Virus record (IMG/VR): IMGVR_UViG_3300029955_000004
Coordinates: 1-64,000 of that record
DNA length: 64,000 bases
Direction: 5' to 3' (one strand)
Origin: an uncultured virus (IMG/VR IMGVR_UViG_3300029955_000004)
Taxonomy: Duplodnaviria > Heunggongvirae > Uroviricota > Caudoviricetes
In this document: positions 1 to 10,091 of the stretch, piece by piece
How positions within the stretch are numbered: position 1 is the first letter of the stretch
Layout: each line of letters opens with the position of its first letter
The notes under the pieces: model-generated
What the model saw: only the letters and a program-made list of their open reading frames with translations
Told to the model about the DNA's origin: nothing
Database searches by the model: none
Position numbers and translations under genes: made by a program

Positions 1-2
1 GT

Positions 3-821
3 AGTGCACTATCTAATACGTTGTCTAGTTATGCTACTAACAGTGCACTATCTACTACATTGTCATCTGCATTAGCTAACTATGTTACCAGTAGTGCACT
101 ATCTAATACGTTATCCGCTTATGTAACTAATAGTGCATTAACGACTGCATTAGAGAACATTAATCTTTCTAACTATGTTACAACAACAGCGTTGAATACT
201 GCTTTATCAAATATTGATCTTTCACAGTATGCTACAAAAGCATTTACAACAAATAGTTATATTAATAAAACCGGCGGTGTTATGACTGGTCCGCTGGTTA
301 ATTATTTTACTGAAGTTAATAATGGACTGCATCAAAACTCAGCTATAAATTTAAATCAAAATAGTAGTTATGTAAAATGGAGTTCTATGTATGGTAACAA
401 TACAAATGGTGATAATTTATTTGGTATAAATAATGCCGGATCATTTGTCTGGATGACATATTTAAATAATACATGGGTTCAGAATCTTACTCTAGATTCT
501 AGTGGTAATTTAACAGCATTAAGTAATATTACTGGATATTCTGATATTAAATTAAAGAAGGATATAAAATATATCGATAATGCATTATCTAAAGTTATGA
601 GTGTAAATGGATATACATATACTCGTATAGATACAGACGAAAAACAAACAGGTGTTATAGCACAAGAGATATTAACTATATTACCAGAAGCAGTTAAAGA
701 TAATGACGGTACTCTTAGTGTTGCTTATGGAAATCTTGTTGGATTATTGATTGAAGCTATTAAAGAGCTTAAGAAAGAACTAGATGATCATGTTCTTAAA
801 GATACTGATGATTTAAAATAA
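3..821 (+). CDS. Tail fibre protein, 3' part (truncated by window start), with C-terminal intramolecular chaperone/peptidase S74 domain
   Basis: Frame is open from base 3. N-terminal ~13-aa LSxYVTxSAL repeats, YINKTGGVMTG fibre motif, then YSDIKLKKDI...GVIAQE...LSVAYGNLVGLLIEAIKEL, typical of S74 chaperones. Confidence 0.9.
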   Translation, partial: SALSNTLSSYATNSALSTTLSSALANYVTSSALSNTLSAYVTNSALTTALENINLSNYVTTTALNTALSNIDLSQYATKAFTTNSYINKTGGVMTGPLVNYFTEVNNGLHQNSAINLNQNSSYVKWSSMYGNNTNGDNLFGINNAGSFVWMTYLNNTWVQNLTLDSSGNLTALSNITGYSDIKLKKDIKYIDNALSKVMSVNGYTYTRIDTDEKQTGVIAQEILTILPEAVKDNDGTLSVAYGNLVGLLIEAIKELKKELDDHVLKDTDDLK

Positions 822-870
822 AATACTATATTTATTTTATGTCTATAACCCTCCAGAACGGAGATCGAAA

Positions 871-1107
871 GTGTCTGAAAAAGATCAACAACCGACTGTT
901 GCAGACCCTGCATCAATTCTGAACATGCTCATGCAGCGCAACATGGACCATGTCAATGGTATTCTTGGGAAGCGTATTGCTGAACTTTCAGTTGAAAATG
1001 CTCAGCTCTTGGCTTCCAACGATATGCTGAATCAGCAGATCAAGTCTCTGACAGACATGATCAATAAGATGCGAGAAGAAGCATCTTCAAAACCTGAATC
1101 TACGTAA
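871..1107 (+). CDS. Hypothetical coiled-coil protein
   Basis: GTG start with GGAG RBS; heptad-rich 78 aa. Confidence 0.7.
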   Translation: MSEKDQQPTVADPASILNMLMQRNMDHVNGILGKRIAELSVENAQLLASNDMLNQQIKSLTDMINKMREEASSKPEST

Positions 1108-1111
1108 TATC

Positions 1112-1744
1112 ATGAATATTAAAGATCCTTTCTTATCTTTTATTGCTACTGTAAAATCTATTTTTAATATTAATGATAAGTTCGAACAATATGAACTGAT
1201 GATAAATAATAAACTTAATGAACATAATGAAATGGTTGGACGTATTACTAATTTTATAAATAAAGATTGGGCCGTTACTATTGATAAAATTAAAAGGACC
1301 GAAGAACAAATCAAAAGTCTAGTTGAATGTTTAGAAGTAGTTAAAGAAAATCATACTGAAATTATTAAATCTATTGAAACTATTGAAAAGAACAAACCCA
1401 ATAAGACAGATTTTGATGAAGCTGTTAAAACAATCAGTTATGGTATTGAAACTCGGTTAGAAGAAGTTGTTCAAATCCAAGGAAGTAAATTAGCCGAACA
1501 AACTGCTATTATTGATGAAATGTCAAAGGTTGTTGATAGTTTTAATAAAGGCGTTTCTGATATTTCAATTGCTTTTAATGAACTTACTAAATCCATAGCA
1601 ATTGATAATGAGATCATAACTCAACGATTTGTTGATATTGCTGATCAGATTAAGAAACTTGAGAAAGTAGATATTAAAACTGAATCACCTGCCCCTGTAG
1701 CCAACCATACACGGGGTCGACAGCGAACTAAGAAAACAACGTAA
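1112..1744 (+). CDS. Hypothetical coiled-coil protein
   Basis: 210-aa ORF 4 nt after the previous gene, followed by a palindromic hairpin. Confidence 0.75.
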   Translation: MNIKDPFLSFIATVKSIFNINDKFEQYELMINNKLNEHNEMVGRITNFINKDWAVTIDKIKRTEEQIKSLVECLEVVKENHTEIIKSIETIEKNKPNKTDFDEAVKTISYGIETRLEEVVQIQGSKLAEQTAIIDEMSKVVDSFNKGVSDISIAFNELTKSIAIDNEIITQRFVDIADQIKKLEKVDIKTESPAPVANHTRGRQRTKKTT

Positions 1745-1759
1745 TATCCCATCTTTTCG

Positions 1760-1795
1760 ATACAAGACGAGGAGCATATGCTCCTCGTCTTGTAT
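1760..1795. terminator. Perfect 36-bp palindrome (CATATG centre), probable terminator
   Basis: ATACAAGACGAGGAGCATATGCTCCTCGTCTTGTAT after a stop codon, followed by T-rich sequence. Confidence 0.75.
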
Positions 1796-1845
1796 ATTTT
1801 AATTTTTTACTATGATATGAATATATACTTCAAAGGAGTAAAATA

Positions 1846-2505
1846 GTGTTAGAATCGATCATAACTCAAAGATTATTAGATGTTGCATTTCCAGAACATG
1901 AAGATGATACAAATGATTTAGTTCCAAGTTTTATTGAAACGTGTGAAAAGTTTGAAATTAATACACCAGTTAGATTGTGTATGTTTCTAGGGCAGATTGC
2001 AGTCGAATCTGGCGATATGAATGAGTTAGAAGAGAATCTAAATTATAGAGCCGCTACATTAACAAAATTATGGCCTAAACGATTTCCTGCATCAATTGCC
2101 AAATCATATGAACATAAAGCATCTGCTATTGCCAATAGAGCTTATGCTAGTAGAATGGGAAATGGTCCAGAATCATCTGGCGATGGTTTTAAATATAGAG
2201 GAAGATGTCCTATTCAATGTACTGGTAAAGATAATTATGAACAATTAACCAAAGATTTTGGTAAAGACATAGGTGTCGATTTTGTTGAAGATCCTGATTT
2301 GTTAGGTGATCCTAAATATGGTATTTTGGCTACTGGTAGCTGGTGGGAAAAACACAAATTAAATGAAGTTGCCGATACTTGTAATATTGGAAAAGTAACT
2401 CAAATTATTAATGGTGGACAAATCGGTATCGACGAGCGCACTAAACGAACTATGGAATTATTTAAATATTTTAATATTGATCCTGATTCAATGGGAGATG
2501 AATAA
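1846..2505 (+). CDS. Endolysin, glycoside hydrolase family 19
   Basis: FLGQIAVESG, LEENLNY, GDGFKYRGRCPIQCTGKDNY and TQIINGGQIGIDER are GH19 phage lysozyme motifs; AAGGAG RBS. Confidence 0.92.
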   Translation: MLESIITQRLLDVAFPEHEDDTNDLVPSFIETCEKFEINTPVRLCMFLGQIAVESGDMNELEENLNYRAATLTKLWPKRFPASIAKSYEHKASAIANRAYASRMGNGPESSGDGFKYRGRCPIQCTGKDNYEQLTKDFGKDIGVDFVEDPDLLGDPKYGILATGSWWEKHKLNEVADTCNIGKVTQIINGGQIGIDERTKRTMELFKYFNIDPDSMGDE

Positions 2506-3447
2506 ATGATTACAAATATTGATATTGATAACCCAGACAATCCATTACATATGCTGGAGATAGTATCTCCGCATATTTATGATGCTTTACATTGTTCTTT
2601 TAGAAATACTGCATTAGCTTATGTTAAGAAAGGATTAAATTTAGAAGGCGACGCTTCATTGGATAATGTCTATGAAGCATTAGATGTTTTAGATACTAAT
2701 GAATTAAAAGGGCTAAGAGAACAGGATAAAGAATTCGAAACAGATCTAAAAGCCACTGGTGCCAATATTAAGAAATTGGTAAAACAAAGAAATGCTTATT
2801 TAAAGAAAAAAGAGAAAGAAGATCGTAAGAAAGAAGATGAAGAAATCAAACGTACGAATCATCTTGAACGATTAAAGCATGATAGTAGAGGTGTCTCTCC
2901 TAAGAATATGATAAGATTGGGATTTAGTATCGTTATAGGTTATTTTGCTGTTGTTATTACTATTATGGTTTTTGATACTAACATGTCTGTTGCTATGTCG
3001 CACGTATTATCAGTAACACTAGGATCTATCGGATCACTAGCTGGTGTTGTAGTTACTTATTTCTTTGGTGGTTCTGCGAGTGGCGATCATGCAATGAAAC
3101 AATTCTCTAGTAATACATCTACTGAAGCCGATAGTGCTGATGCATTGGCTAAACTTATGAGTGCTCAATCGAATAATCTAATGAATGTGGTGAACTCAAA
3201 TGCCCAATCAAATTCAACATCGACCATTGCGGCGGCGTCAGCGACAACGGCGAATATTGGCCAAGCTGCCGTTTCCAGTCAGACTAATAATCAAAGCGAT
3301 CAAGATAAAACTTCTATTTTTGATATTGCTTTGGAAGATATAGAAAACTATGTTGAAGAAGAATTATCTGAATTATTACCAAATGGTATTAAACGAAGAC
3401 TGGCAAAAGAACCTGATGAAAATAATAGAAATGCACATGATGAATAA
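2506..3447 (+). CDS. Holin-like membrane protein (GTA/3TM-holin-like) with long low-complexity C-terminal extension
   Basis: Abuts the endolysin. Two hydrophobic segments ending VVTYFFGGS, preceded by a charged helical region, as in GTA-type holins. Confidence 0.6.
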   Translation: MITNIDIDNPDNPLHMLEIVSPHIYDALHCSFRNTALAYVKKGLNLEGDASLDNVYEALDVLDTNELKGLREQDKEFETDLKATGANIKKLVKQRNAYLKKKEKEDRKKEDEEIKRTNHLERLKHDSRGVSPKNMIRLGFSIVIGYFAVVITIMVFDTNMSVAMSHVLSVTLGSIGSLAGVVVTYFFGGSASGDHAMKQFSSNTSTEADSADALAKLMSAQSNNLMNVVNSNAQSNSTSTIAAASATTANIGQAAVSSQTNNQSDQDKTSIFDIALEDIENYVEEELSELLPNGIKRRLAKEPDENNRNAHDE

Positions 3448-3456
3448 TATATAAAG

Positions 3457-3490
3457 TATGAAGGGATGGGCATATGCCCATCCCTTCATA
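3457..3490. terminator. Perfect 34-bp palindrome (CATATG centre), bidirectional terminator between convergent genes
   Basis: TATGAAGGGATGGGCATATGCCCATCCCTTCATA between stops at 3447(+) and 3499(-). Confidence 0.8.
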
Positions 3491-3498
3491 TTCATTAT

Positions 3499-5364
3499 TT
3501 AAACTTTAATTTTAATAGAATTAATAATCATCTGAGACATATAGAAAGTAGAACTATCGGCGGTAATATTAAGACCAATACCAGAATTAGCAGATACCAT
3601 ATTAACTGAAAATCCTTCAATAGTATTTGTAGAACTATTCATATAAACGGCAGATCCGTTGGTTACTGAAGAATTGCCAGACATTGGAATCGAAACAATT
3701 GTGGGAATATTGTTATTTACAGCGATCATATTAATTTCAATCTCTTTAATATCAGCAATATTTAAAGAAGGATCTATATTTGTCAAAGGAACAGAATAAG
3801 AAGTTCCTAAAGGAATAGCAGAGGCAGCAATCGATGTTGTAGAAATAACATAACCAGCTTTATTGGGGAGTGTGTGTTTAATAGACTCAGATGACGAATT
3901 TGATGATGACCACAATGTTGAATTATCAGGAAGCAAGAAATTATCATCATTGGCAGAAAGACTAGAGACAGAAGTAGGAGGTAGAATCCAACAAGATTCA
4001 CTACCACTTAAATCCTGAATAGCAAGAGTTTCTATTAATGAAGTAGATTTAAAGCCAATCTGTAAATAGATACCACTTTCTTCTTCATTATCATAAACAA
4101 TTCTAAACTGAGGAACATTGGAAATAGGTGATTTAGAAATATCATTATTCATGTTTGTAGCAATAGATTCAATAACCATAGGATTTGTTGAAGAAAGATT
4201 AACATTAACAAATATATCTGTAGAAACAGCAGCATTCAACATCTGTAAACGATAATGAAGTCTATCAGAAATAACAATATCAGAAGCACCAGTAGCCTTA
4301 TACAAACTACCGATATTAAACCAATGAAAATTTGTATCAATTAAAGCAAGCTTATAAACCCGACTCATACCGGATGTAAAATCACCATATGTCGGGACAC
4401 CGTTCGTTAAAAGACACCGCATTCTTGTCTCCAGATCTCTTAGACGTGTTGTGAGGTCATTCATGATAGGAGTCGTAGGAAGATTAAATGTTGTTAAGAA
4501 AGACATACTTCCTAAAAATGCTTCCATATTCTCAGCAACTTTATAAATAGCAGAAACATCACTTTGAGTAACACGACCACCAAAGGCTTGATATTCAATA
4601 GTAACAGGACCGGCATATGGTTCTGTTATAACTAAGAAATCAAACACACCACCAATATTAGAAGACAACTTAGTTTTTGTTAAATTACAATCACCTAATG
4701 TAAATCCATTCCCTATGGTTAATGATTTATTCGTATCTACTAACTTAACAATAAGATCATTTTGATAGAATGAACCCTGTAATGGTTTTATCTTATTTAA
4801 TCCATTAAATGTATTAATAGTTTGTGTTTCGCCAATGATATAATTCTCACTCGATAATCCAGTAAGATCTATCTCCAATAACTTTGGAGTTAAAGAAGAA
4901 ACACTAAAAGAATTATTAACAGGAGAAATAAGATTTTGAATATTAGCAATTTGTTGTGCTAATTCAACAATTAGTTCTGGACTAAAATCAACTGTTCCAA
5001 CTTGACTAATACTACTTTTTAATGTATCTGGATATAGTGCTTGATAGTCAATAGAGATAGTATAATTATTTGTAAAAGAAGCATTGATCTTAATACTTTT
5101 TACAAGAGTAGCATCAAATTCACTACTAGCAAAAGTGGCTTCCGAAATGGCAGTATAATCAATATCATCTGCTTCAATAATCCAATCCATTGACTGGTTC
5201 ATCGAAACATTAATGGTTCCTATTCTAGTAACAGATAATGAACTTAAGTAAACAGGTCTGTAAAATTCTATTCTTTGATTTGCAGTAAAAATAACATAGT
5301 TCTTATTTGTTACTTTATAATCAGGATTTTGACCTGTAAGGTCTGGGCCATAAATCGATGCCAT
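3499..5364 (-). CDS. Probable virion structural protein (phiKZ-like tail/baseplate)
   Basis: Two DLTG-N-type motifs (PDLTGQNPD, IDLTGLSSEN), as recalled from phiKZ-like virion proteins; S/T/N-rich beta composition. Confidence 0.65.
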   Translation of the reverse strand: MASIYGPDLTGQNPDYKVTNKNYVIFTANQRIEFYRPVYLSSLSVTRIGTINVSMNQSMDWIIEADDIDYTAISEATFASSEFDATLVKSIKINASFTNNYTISIDYQALYPDTLKSSISQVGTVDFSPELIVELAQQIANIQNLISPVNNSFSVSSLTPKLLEIDLTGLSSENYIIGETQTINTFNGLNKIKPLQGSFYQNDLIVKLVDTNKSLTIGNGFTLGDCNLTKTKLSSNIGGVFDFLVITEPYAGPVTIEYQAFGGRVTQSDVSAIYKVAENMEAFLGSMSFLTTFNLPTTPIMNDLTTRLRDLETRMRCLLTNGVPTYGDFTSGMSRVYKLALIDTNFHWFNIGSLYKATGASDIVISDRLHYRLQMLNAAVSTDIFVNVNLSSTNPMVIESIATNMNNDISKSPISNVPQFRIVYDNEEESGIYLQIGFKSTSLIETLAIQDLSGSESCWILPPTSVSSLSANDDNFLLPDNSTLWSSSNSSSESIKHTLPNKAGYVISTTSIAASAIPLGTSYSVPLTNIDPSLNIADIKEIEINMIAVNNNIPTIVSIPMSGNSSVTNGSAVYMNSSTNTIEGFSVNMVSANSGIGLNITADSSTFYMSQMIINSIKIKV

Positions 5365-5378
5365 ATGACTTTATCCCT

Positions 5379-6002
5379 TTATGATGTTGATGAAGTAGTT
5401 GTTAAATCAACTATAATTTTTTGTAATTCAGTGATAAGTGTTTTTTGAGATTGTATAGTTTTATTTTGGTCAACAATTTGTTGGTATAATGGATTATAAG
5501 CTATAGCATTTGCTTTACGTTCTTCTTTAAGTGTATCATATTGGTTCTGAGTAAGATACTGTGTATCCAAGGATACCATAACAGCAGGATTTTCAGTACC
5601 TGTTATTTTTGTAACAATTCCATTAATCTCATTTAAAATCCAAGATGGAATATCTGAATCTTTATAAGTACCAACTTGAATAACAATAGCGATATCGTCA
5701 TATGCAGATACTGTAGGATCTGGGACAGTATCCATAAGAGTCGATGGTATATAATAAGTCGTAGAACTATCAGTTACACTCATAAGACCCATAATAATGT
5801 CATCTTGGTAATTAGCCCAATCATTTTCATAGTCATTTGATGTTAGACCAGCAGGAATATAACAACTATTAACTAAATCAATACTATTTGAAACAGCATC
5901 GTCGAATGTCATAACTTCTACTAACTGATAAATACCAGTTAATGCAGAAAATCTAGACTGGAATGTATAATAACAAACTGAATTAAGAGCTGGTGTTTGC
6001 AT
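5379..6002 (-). CDS. Conserved jumbo-phage hypothetical protein, probably virion-associated
   Basis: 207 aa, co-oriented between two structural-type genes; C-terminal coiled coil. Confidence 0.6.
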   Translation of the reverse strand: MQTPALNSVCYYTFQSRFSALTGIYQLVEVMTFDDAVSNSIDLVNSCYIPAGLTSNDYENDWANYQDDIIMGLMSVTDSSTTYYIPSTLMDTVPDPTVSAYDDIAIVIQVGTYKDSDIPSWILNEINGIVTKITGTENPAVMVSLDTQYLTQNQYDTLKEERKANAIAYNPLYQQIVDQNKTIQSQKTLITELQKIIVDLTTTSSTS

Positions 6003-6006
6003 ATTT

Positions 6007-7371
6007 TTAAGATCCAGCAGAATATGAAGAATTCACCATAACATAAAATTCTATATTAAGAACACTAAAGCTGATGAAATCAACATTGTTAACAGTCTGC
6101 ATCTGATATGGTCCATTACTTTGATTATTAATAATCAATGAAAGAATAGTACTTAATGTTTTGGAAAATTTCTGAGTATATGTATTCATTAATGCAAAAT
6201 TTGTATCAGTTGTTGCATAAGACTGATATGTAGGATGTTGTTCAACAAGACTCATATAGTTGCTATCATTAGCACTATCTGGAATACCAACAACATAAAT
6301 ATCATCATACGAAGACTGTAATAACTGCATATTTGATTCAATAAACGTAGAAGTTAAACCAGGAAGGTTTTCAATAAGATATGAAGTAATATTTTGTAAA
6401 GGAATAATACCTTGATAAATAGTCGAAGTAGATGATTTATATGTGTTGTTGTATAAAGGAATAAGATAGAAAGTTTCATCAACGAAAAGTTCTGGACATC
6501 TTGTTTCCCAAACAGTCAAGCTACCAATACCAGATGCCACAATGTAGTTTTTAATAGCTGCTCTCTGAGAAGAAAAAAGAGGGGTTTTACCTTTATATAT
6601 TAATGTAAATAATACACTTGTACTATTATTAGCATCGTCATAAAAAGTAGCTTTATAACCCACGACACCGGATTGTGTATATGGTTGTGTAGAAGATCCA
6701 TTTAAACTATTGATATCATTAATAGCAGTTTGATAAGACGTTGTAAAAATATTTCCAGTTGTTGTGATAAGATCAGCATTATAGAGGGTTGTTAAATCTA
6801 ATTGTGGAATGATAATATCAATAGTAAATATAGGATACGTATTCTGGAAGAAAATATCATCCAAGTAAATAGTAAATTGATTTTCATTTTCAAATGAATC
6901 GATAAATGAGAATGTTACTGATTTAGGAAGAGCAACTACTTGCCCATTACTTGTTGTAACCGAAGACGAATATTCTGTACTATATGTAATAGAATTTCCA
7001 ACATAGCCAACATTAGAAGACATGTAGCTCTCAATATAATTAGATTCTAAATTATTAGCATATAAGAAACAAGCAGCATCTATGACATTAAAGAAATTTG
7101 AGAAATCAGTAGCGGTCCATGTTCCAATAGTTGTAATGAAATCAGAAGATTGTGCAGAATCAAGAATAAGGTGTAGTTTTGTTGTATATATCTCTGAATT
7201 TAGTTGTACATTTCTTGATGTTCTGGTATCATTTAAATAATAAGCAGTATTGAAATATGTTAAGCTTTTCTGAGAAATCTGACAAGCACCACCAACACCA
7301 TAGTTTCCTTCTTTTGATATTAAGAAGGTGTTATCGACTAGAAACATATAAATCATTTTGTATGCTCCCAT
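6007..7371 (-). CDS. Probable virion structural protein
   Basis: 454 aa, T/S/N/Y-rich, WETRCPELF-type motif; first gene of the minus-strand structural operon. Confidence 0.6.
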   Translation of the reverse strand: MGAYKMIYMFLVDNTFLISKEGNYGVGGACQISQKSLTYFNTAYYLNDTRTSRNVQLNSEIYTTKLHLILDSAQSSDFITTIGTWTATDFSNFFNVIDAACFLYANNLESNYIESYMSSNVGYVGNSITYSTEYSSSVTTSNGQVVALPKSVTFSFIDSFENENQFTIYLDDIFFQNTYPIFTIDIIIPQLDLTTLYNADLITTTGNIFTTSYQTAINDINSLNGSSTQPYTQSGVVGYKATFYDDANNSTSVLFTLIYKGKTPLFSSQRAAIKNYIVASGIGSLTVWETRCPELFVDETFYLIPLYNNTYKSSTSTIYQGIIPLQNITSYLIENLPGLTSTFIESNMQLLQSSYDDIYVVGIPDSANDSNYMSLVEQHPTYQSYATTDTNFALMNTYTQKFSKTLSTILSLIINNQSNGPYQMQTVNNVDFISFSVLNIEFYVMVNSSYSAGS

Positions 7372-7474
7372 AAGAGTAATATGGTTAAACTATAATATCG
7401 TTTCTTCATACTTATTAAATATTATACTTTAGAACCATAATTTGAAATTACTCTCTATAAGACAGGGGTTCACA

Positions 7475-8107
7475 ATGAAATGCTTTAAAGGTATTTTGAA
7501 CGATAAACAAATTGAAGAATTATGTAATAAAGATAATGAAAAACCTATGATTGTTCCATTTTGTGAAAAGATGGTATCTTCTTCTATTGTTTCTTATGGT
7601 GTTGGATCATTTGGATATGACATTCGATTAGCTCCTATTTTTCATGTTTTCAAGAAACCTTCTCTCTTAGATAATATCTTAACTTATCTAGATTTTAAGA
7701 AGAAAGTTATTATCGATCCTAAGACTATTTCTAATGAAGATAAAATGAAGTTGTGTTATGAAATTGAAGCAGATGAAGTTATTATCCCTCCTCACGGTTT
7801 TGTTCTCGGCCATACGGTTGAAAAGTTTGATATGCCTAGAAATATTTTAGGAATTGCTGTTGGTAAAAGCACATTGGCTAGATGCGGTGTTCAAGTTCTT
7901 GTTACTCCTTTAGAGCCAGGATGGCGTGGTGATCTTGTCATTGAGATTTTTAATAGTACTCATTTTCCTGTTCGTATTAAAGCCAATGAAGGAATATGTC
8001 AGCTGATATTCTTAGGTGGTAATATACCAAATACGACATATGACGATAGAAATGGTAAATATCAAGATCAAGTAGGCATTACGCACGCTAAGATAAAAGA
8101 GGACTAA
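7475..8107 (+). CDS. dcd: dCTP deaminase
   Basis: SYGVGSFGYDIRL, GKSTLARCG, TPLEPGWRG, ANEGICQLIF and YDDRNGKYQDQ motifs; ATG at 7475 with GGGG RBS. Confidence 0.95.
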   Translation: MKCFKGILNDKQIEELCNKDNEKPMIVPFCEKMVSSSIVSYGVGSFGYDIRLAPIFHVFKKPSLLDNILTYLDFKKKVIIDPKTISNEDKMKLCYEIEADEVIIPPHGFVLGHTVEKFDMPRNILGIAVGKSTLARCGVQVLVTPLEPGWRGDLVIEIFNSTHFPVRIKANEGICQLIFLGGNIPNTTYDDRNGKYQDQVGITHAKIKED

Positions 8108-8162
8108 TTTAAGTAAAAAATTATCTTATAGCACTGGCTATTTAACAGAGGGATTTATTGAT

Positions 8163-9005
8163 ATGTTTAATAGATCTAAAATACTAACAAATTCTCAGAG
8201 ATTAAATAATCTTATTAATTATGATAATATCCTTCCTAGAGAAAAACTTGTTGCTGCTACAGAATTCTTTGGAATTTTTAAATCAGATCCTAATGCACAT
8301 ATTGAAAAATACATAAAACATTTTAATGCACTTAAGACCGATATCATGTCTTCTAGAGACTATATGAAAGATGTTATTAGTAATCGTGAAAATGAATGTA
8401 AAGATCTTAAGCTAATGGTTTCTGGTAAGAAAATAAATGTTTCTAAATTTAAAGAATTAAAACCCGAGAAATACTGTTTTTCATATAAAGTATTTACACA
8501 ATTTGAAGAAGACCTTCCGCATATCGATAATTTTATTAAAGTTGTTGTTGCTGCTAAAACGGCTACAGATGATAATACAATGAATGATTTCTTTAATATC
8601 ATTAATACTAATATTAGACGTTGCGAATCATTAAGTATCGTCAATGATAAATATAAAGAGCCTGTTGTTGTCATATCAGATTGGGCATGTCGTCAGTTAG
8701 ATAAAGATAGAACGTATGAAGAGCTCGGATATCCTCGTAACTTTGTTGATATTGCTATACGTAGATTTACTGAAGATGAAAAATTTATTAGAGATCTTTT
8801 TAATATTTATGAATCTCTCAGTCATAGATCCGAGAATCTTATTGATAAAATTAAACAGAATAAACCAAATGTCACAACCTGTTGTATTATATGTTGGCAA
8901 TTGTTCTTCATTGTAAAAATATTAAATACTACGATTGGTGCATTCTCTACAATTCATACTTTTTCTTTAATGGCCGCTAAAAAGATTGCTCATTCATATG
9001 AATAG
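8163..9005 (+). CDS. Hypothetical protein, possibly an internal head protein
   Basis: 280 aa; AATE|FFG motif resembles phiKZ prohead-protease sites; late-type promoter motif upstream. Confidence 0.6.
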   Translation: MFNRSKILTNSQRLNNLINYDNILPREKLVAATEFFGIFKSDPNAHIEKYIKHFNALKTDIMSSRDYMKDVISNRENECKDLKLMVSGKKINVSKFKELKPEKYCFSYKVFTQFEEDLPHIDNFIKVVVAAKTATDDNTMNDFFNIINTNIRRCESLSIVNDKYKEPVVVISDWACRQLDKDRTYEELGYPRNFVDIAIRRFTEDEKFIRDLFNIYESLSHRSENLIDKIKQNKPNVTTCCIICWQLFFIVKILNTTIGAFSTIHTFSLMAAKKIAHSYE

Positions 9006-9012
9006 AAAATAG

Positions 9013-9046
9013 TAGATGAGGAGTGGCATATGCCACTCCTCATCTA
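9013..9046. terminator. Perfect 34-bp palindrome (CATATG centre)
   Basis: TAGATGAGGAGTGGCATATGCCACTCCTCATCTA, 7 nt after the stop at 9005. Confidence 0.75.
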
Positions 9047-9068
9047 ACTCCCAATCAGTTATTAAGTA

Positions 9069-9076
9069 TATATTAC
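9069..9076 (+). promoter_or_regulatory. Early promoter motif TATATTAC (virion RNAP type)
   Basis: Matches the phiKZ early promoter consensus; lies between a terminator and the next gene. Confidence 0.7.
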
Positions 9077-9118
9077 TAAAATGTTATATCTATATTTTAA
9101 AAGAGGAAACAAGAAGAA

Positions 9119-9691
9119 ATGTCGCATATGAAAAAACTTATTATTCTTGTATTTATGTTCGTTGGATGTTGTATCAGTATTAAATATATTTATGATCGAC
9201 GCGACTATGATGAATATAATAATATTAATCACGAATCTACTAAAGTAGAAAAAGAATATTATTTAAATCAATGGAATAATTGTTTAAATCTTATAAACAA
9301 AAATAAAATCATGCATTGTGCTATTCCTGTCTTAACAGAACTCCAACGACACGATTTAGAAAATCCTGTGTTTGCATACTACTTTGGTATGACATATGAG
9401 TTATCAGATGAATCTGAATATGCTTATATGTATTATAAAGCTGCTGTTAAACAAGACCCAACTTTATCATTTGTTAAAGATAATGATGATTTTGAAAATA
9501 AATTTAATAAATTGGCTATTGAACATAATGATAAACAAGTAAGTGATTACATTACTTCATTTAAATTACAGAAAGAGAAAGATACTACACTTAAATCAAA
9601 ACGAGATACTGATGAACAATCTATTCTATCAGCTTATGTAGTTTCTATGTCATTAATTTGTATTGTAATTGTATTATTTATTGTAATTTAA
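9119..9691 (+). CDS. Hypothetical membrane protein with TPR-like helix pair
   Basis: N- and C-terminal hydrophobic segments; FAYYFGMTY...AYMYYKAAVKQDP is TPR-like. Confidence 0.7.
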   Translation: MSHMKKLIILVFMFVGCCISIKYIYDRRDYDEYNNINHESTKVEKEYYLNQWNNCLNLINKNKIMHCAIPVLTELQRHDLENPVFAYYFGMTYELSDESEYAYMYYKAAVKQDPTLSFVKDNDDFENKFNKLAIEHNDKQVSDYITSFKLQKEKDTTLKSKRDTDEQSILSAYVVSMSLICIVIVLFIVI

Positions 9692-9727
9692 TACTTCGAT
9701 TTTTAAATAAATATATATTATACATTT

Positions 9728-10013
9728 GCTAGGTAGATGAGTATGTAATAAAAGCTACCAAGGAGAGAGTTTAACCTTTCTGGTTTTTCCAGTTGTGTTA
9801 AACTTCCCTTGTCAAACTTCTTCTTGTTGGTAATAAAAATCCATCTGCCTTGGATCACTGGGGAGTGATCTGCATAGGGCGTTGCCGAAGGAAATGGGAC
9901 GATGATCAAGAGAGAGTCGGGGCTCTTATTATCTCGTATTTTAATTTCTAAACAAAGAAAAAATTATTTTCTTAAAACAATAATTTCACGAAGAAGGGGG
10001 AATCCCCCTTCTT
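9728..10013 (+). ncRNA. Candidate structured non-coding RNA
   Basis: Lies between a TATATTAT promoter variant (9714-9721) and a hairpin terminator (9991-10013). GC-richer than its flanks, with nested stems and no credible plus-strand ORF. Confidence 0.45.
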
Positions 10014-10020
10014 TTCTTCT
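9991..10020 (+). terminator. Intrinsic terminator
   Basis: AAGAAGGGGG-AAT-CCCCCTTCTT followed by TTCTTCT. Confidence 0.7.
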
Positions 10021-10091
10021 CAAAAACAAAAAATAATTTATATTAAAAATAATATGACTAATGCTTTTTGGCTTGATAGGGGCCTTGTTAA

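Noticed and set aside
3..240. Tail-fibre N-terminal DNA repeats as a diversity-generating retroelement target
   Set aside because: They are ordinary coding repeats of the fibre shaft; no reverse transcriptase or adenine-specific TR/VR pair was seen in the window
7475..8107. dCTP deaminase as evidence of uracil-containing DNA
   Set aside because: The enzyme also supplies dUMP for dTTP synthesis in AT-rich thymine-DNA phages; nothing else in the window bears on this
9718..9909. 63-aa minus-strand ORF and a 44-codon plus-strand ORF from 9902
   Set aside because: The promoter and terminator point to a plus-strand unit; the plus ORF runs through the terminator; neither looks protein-like
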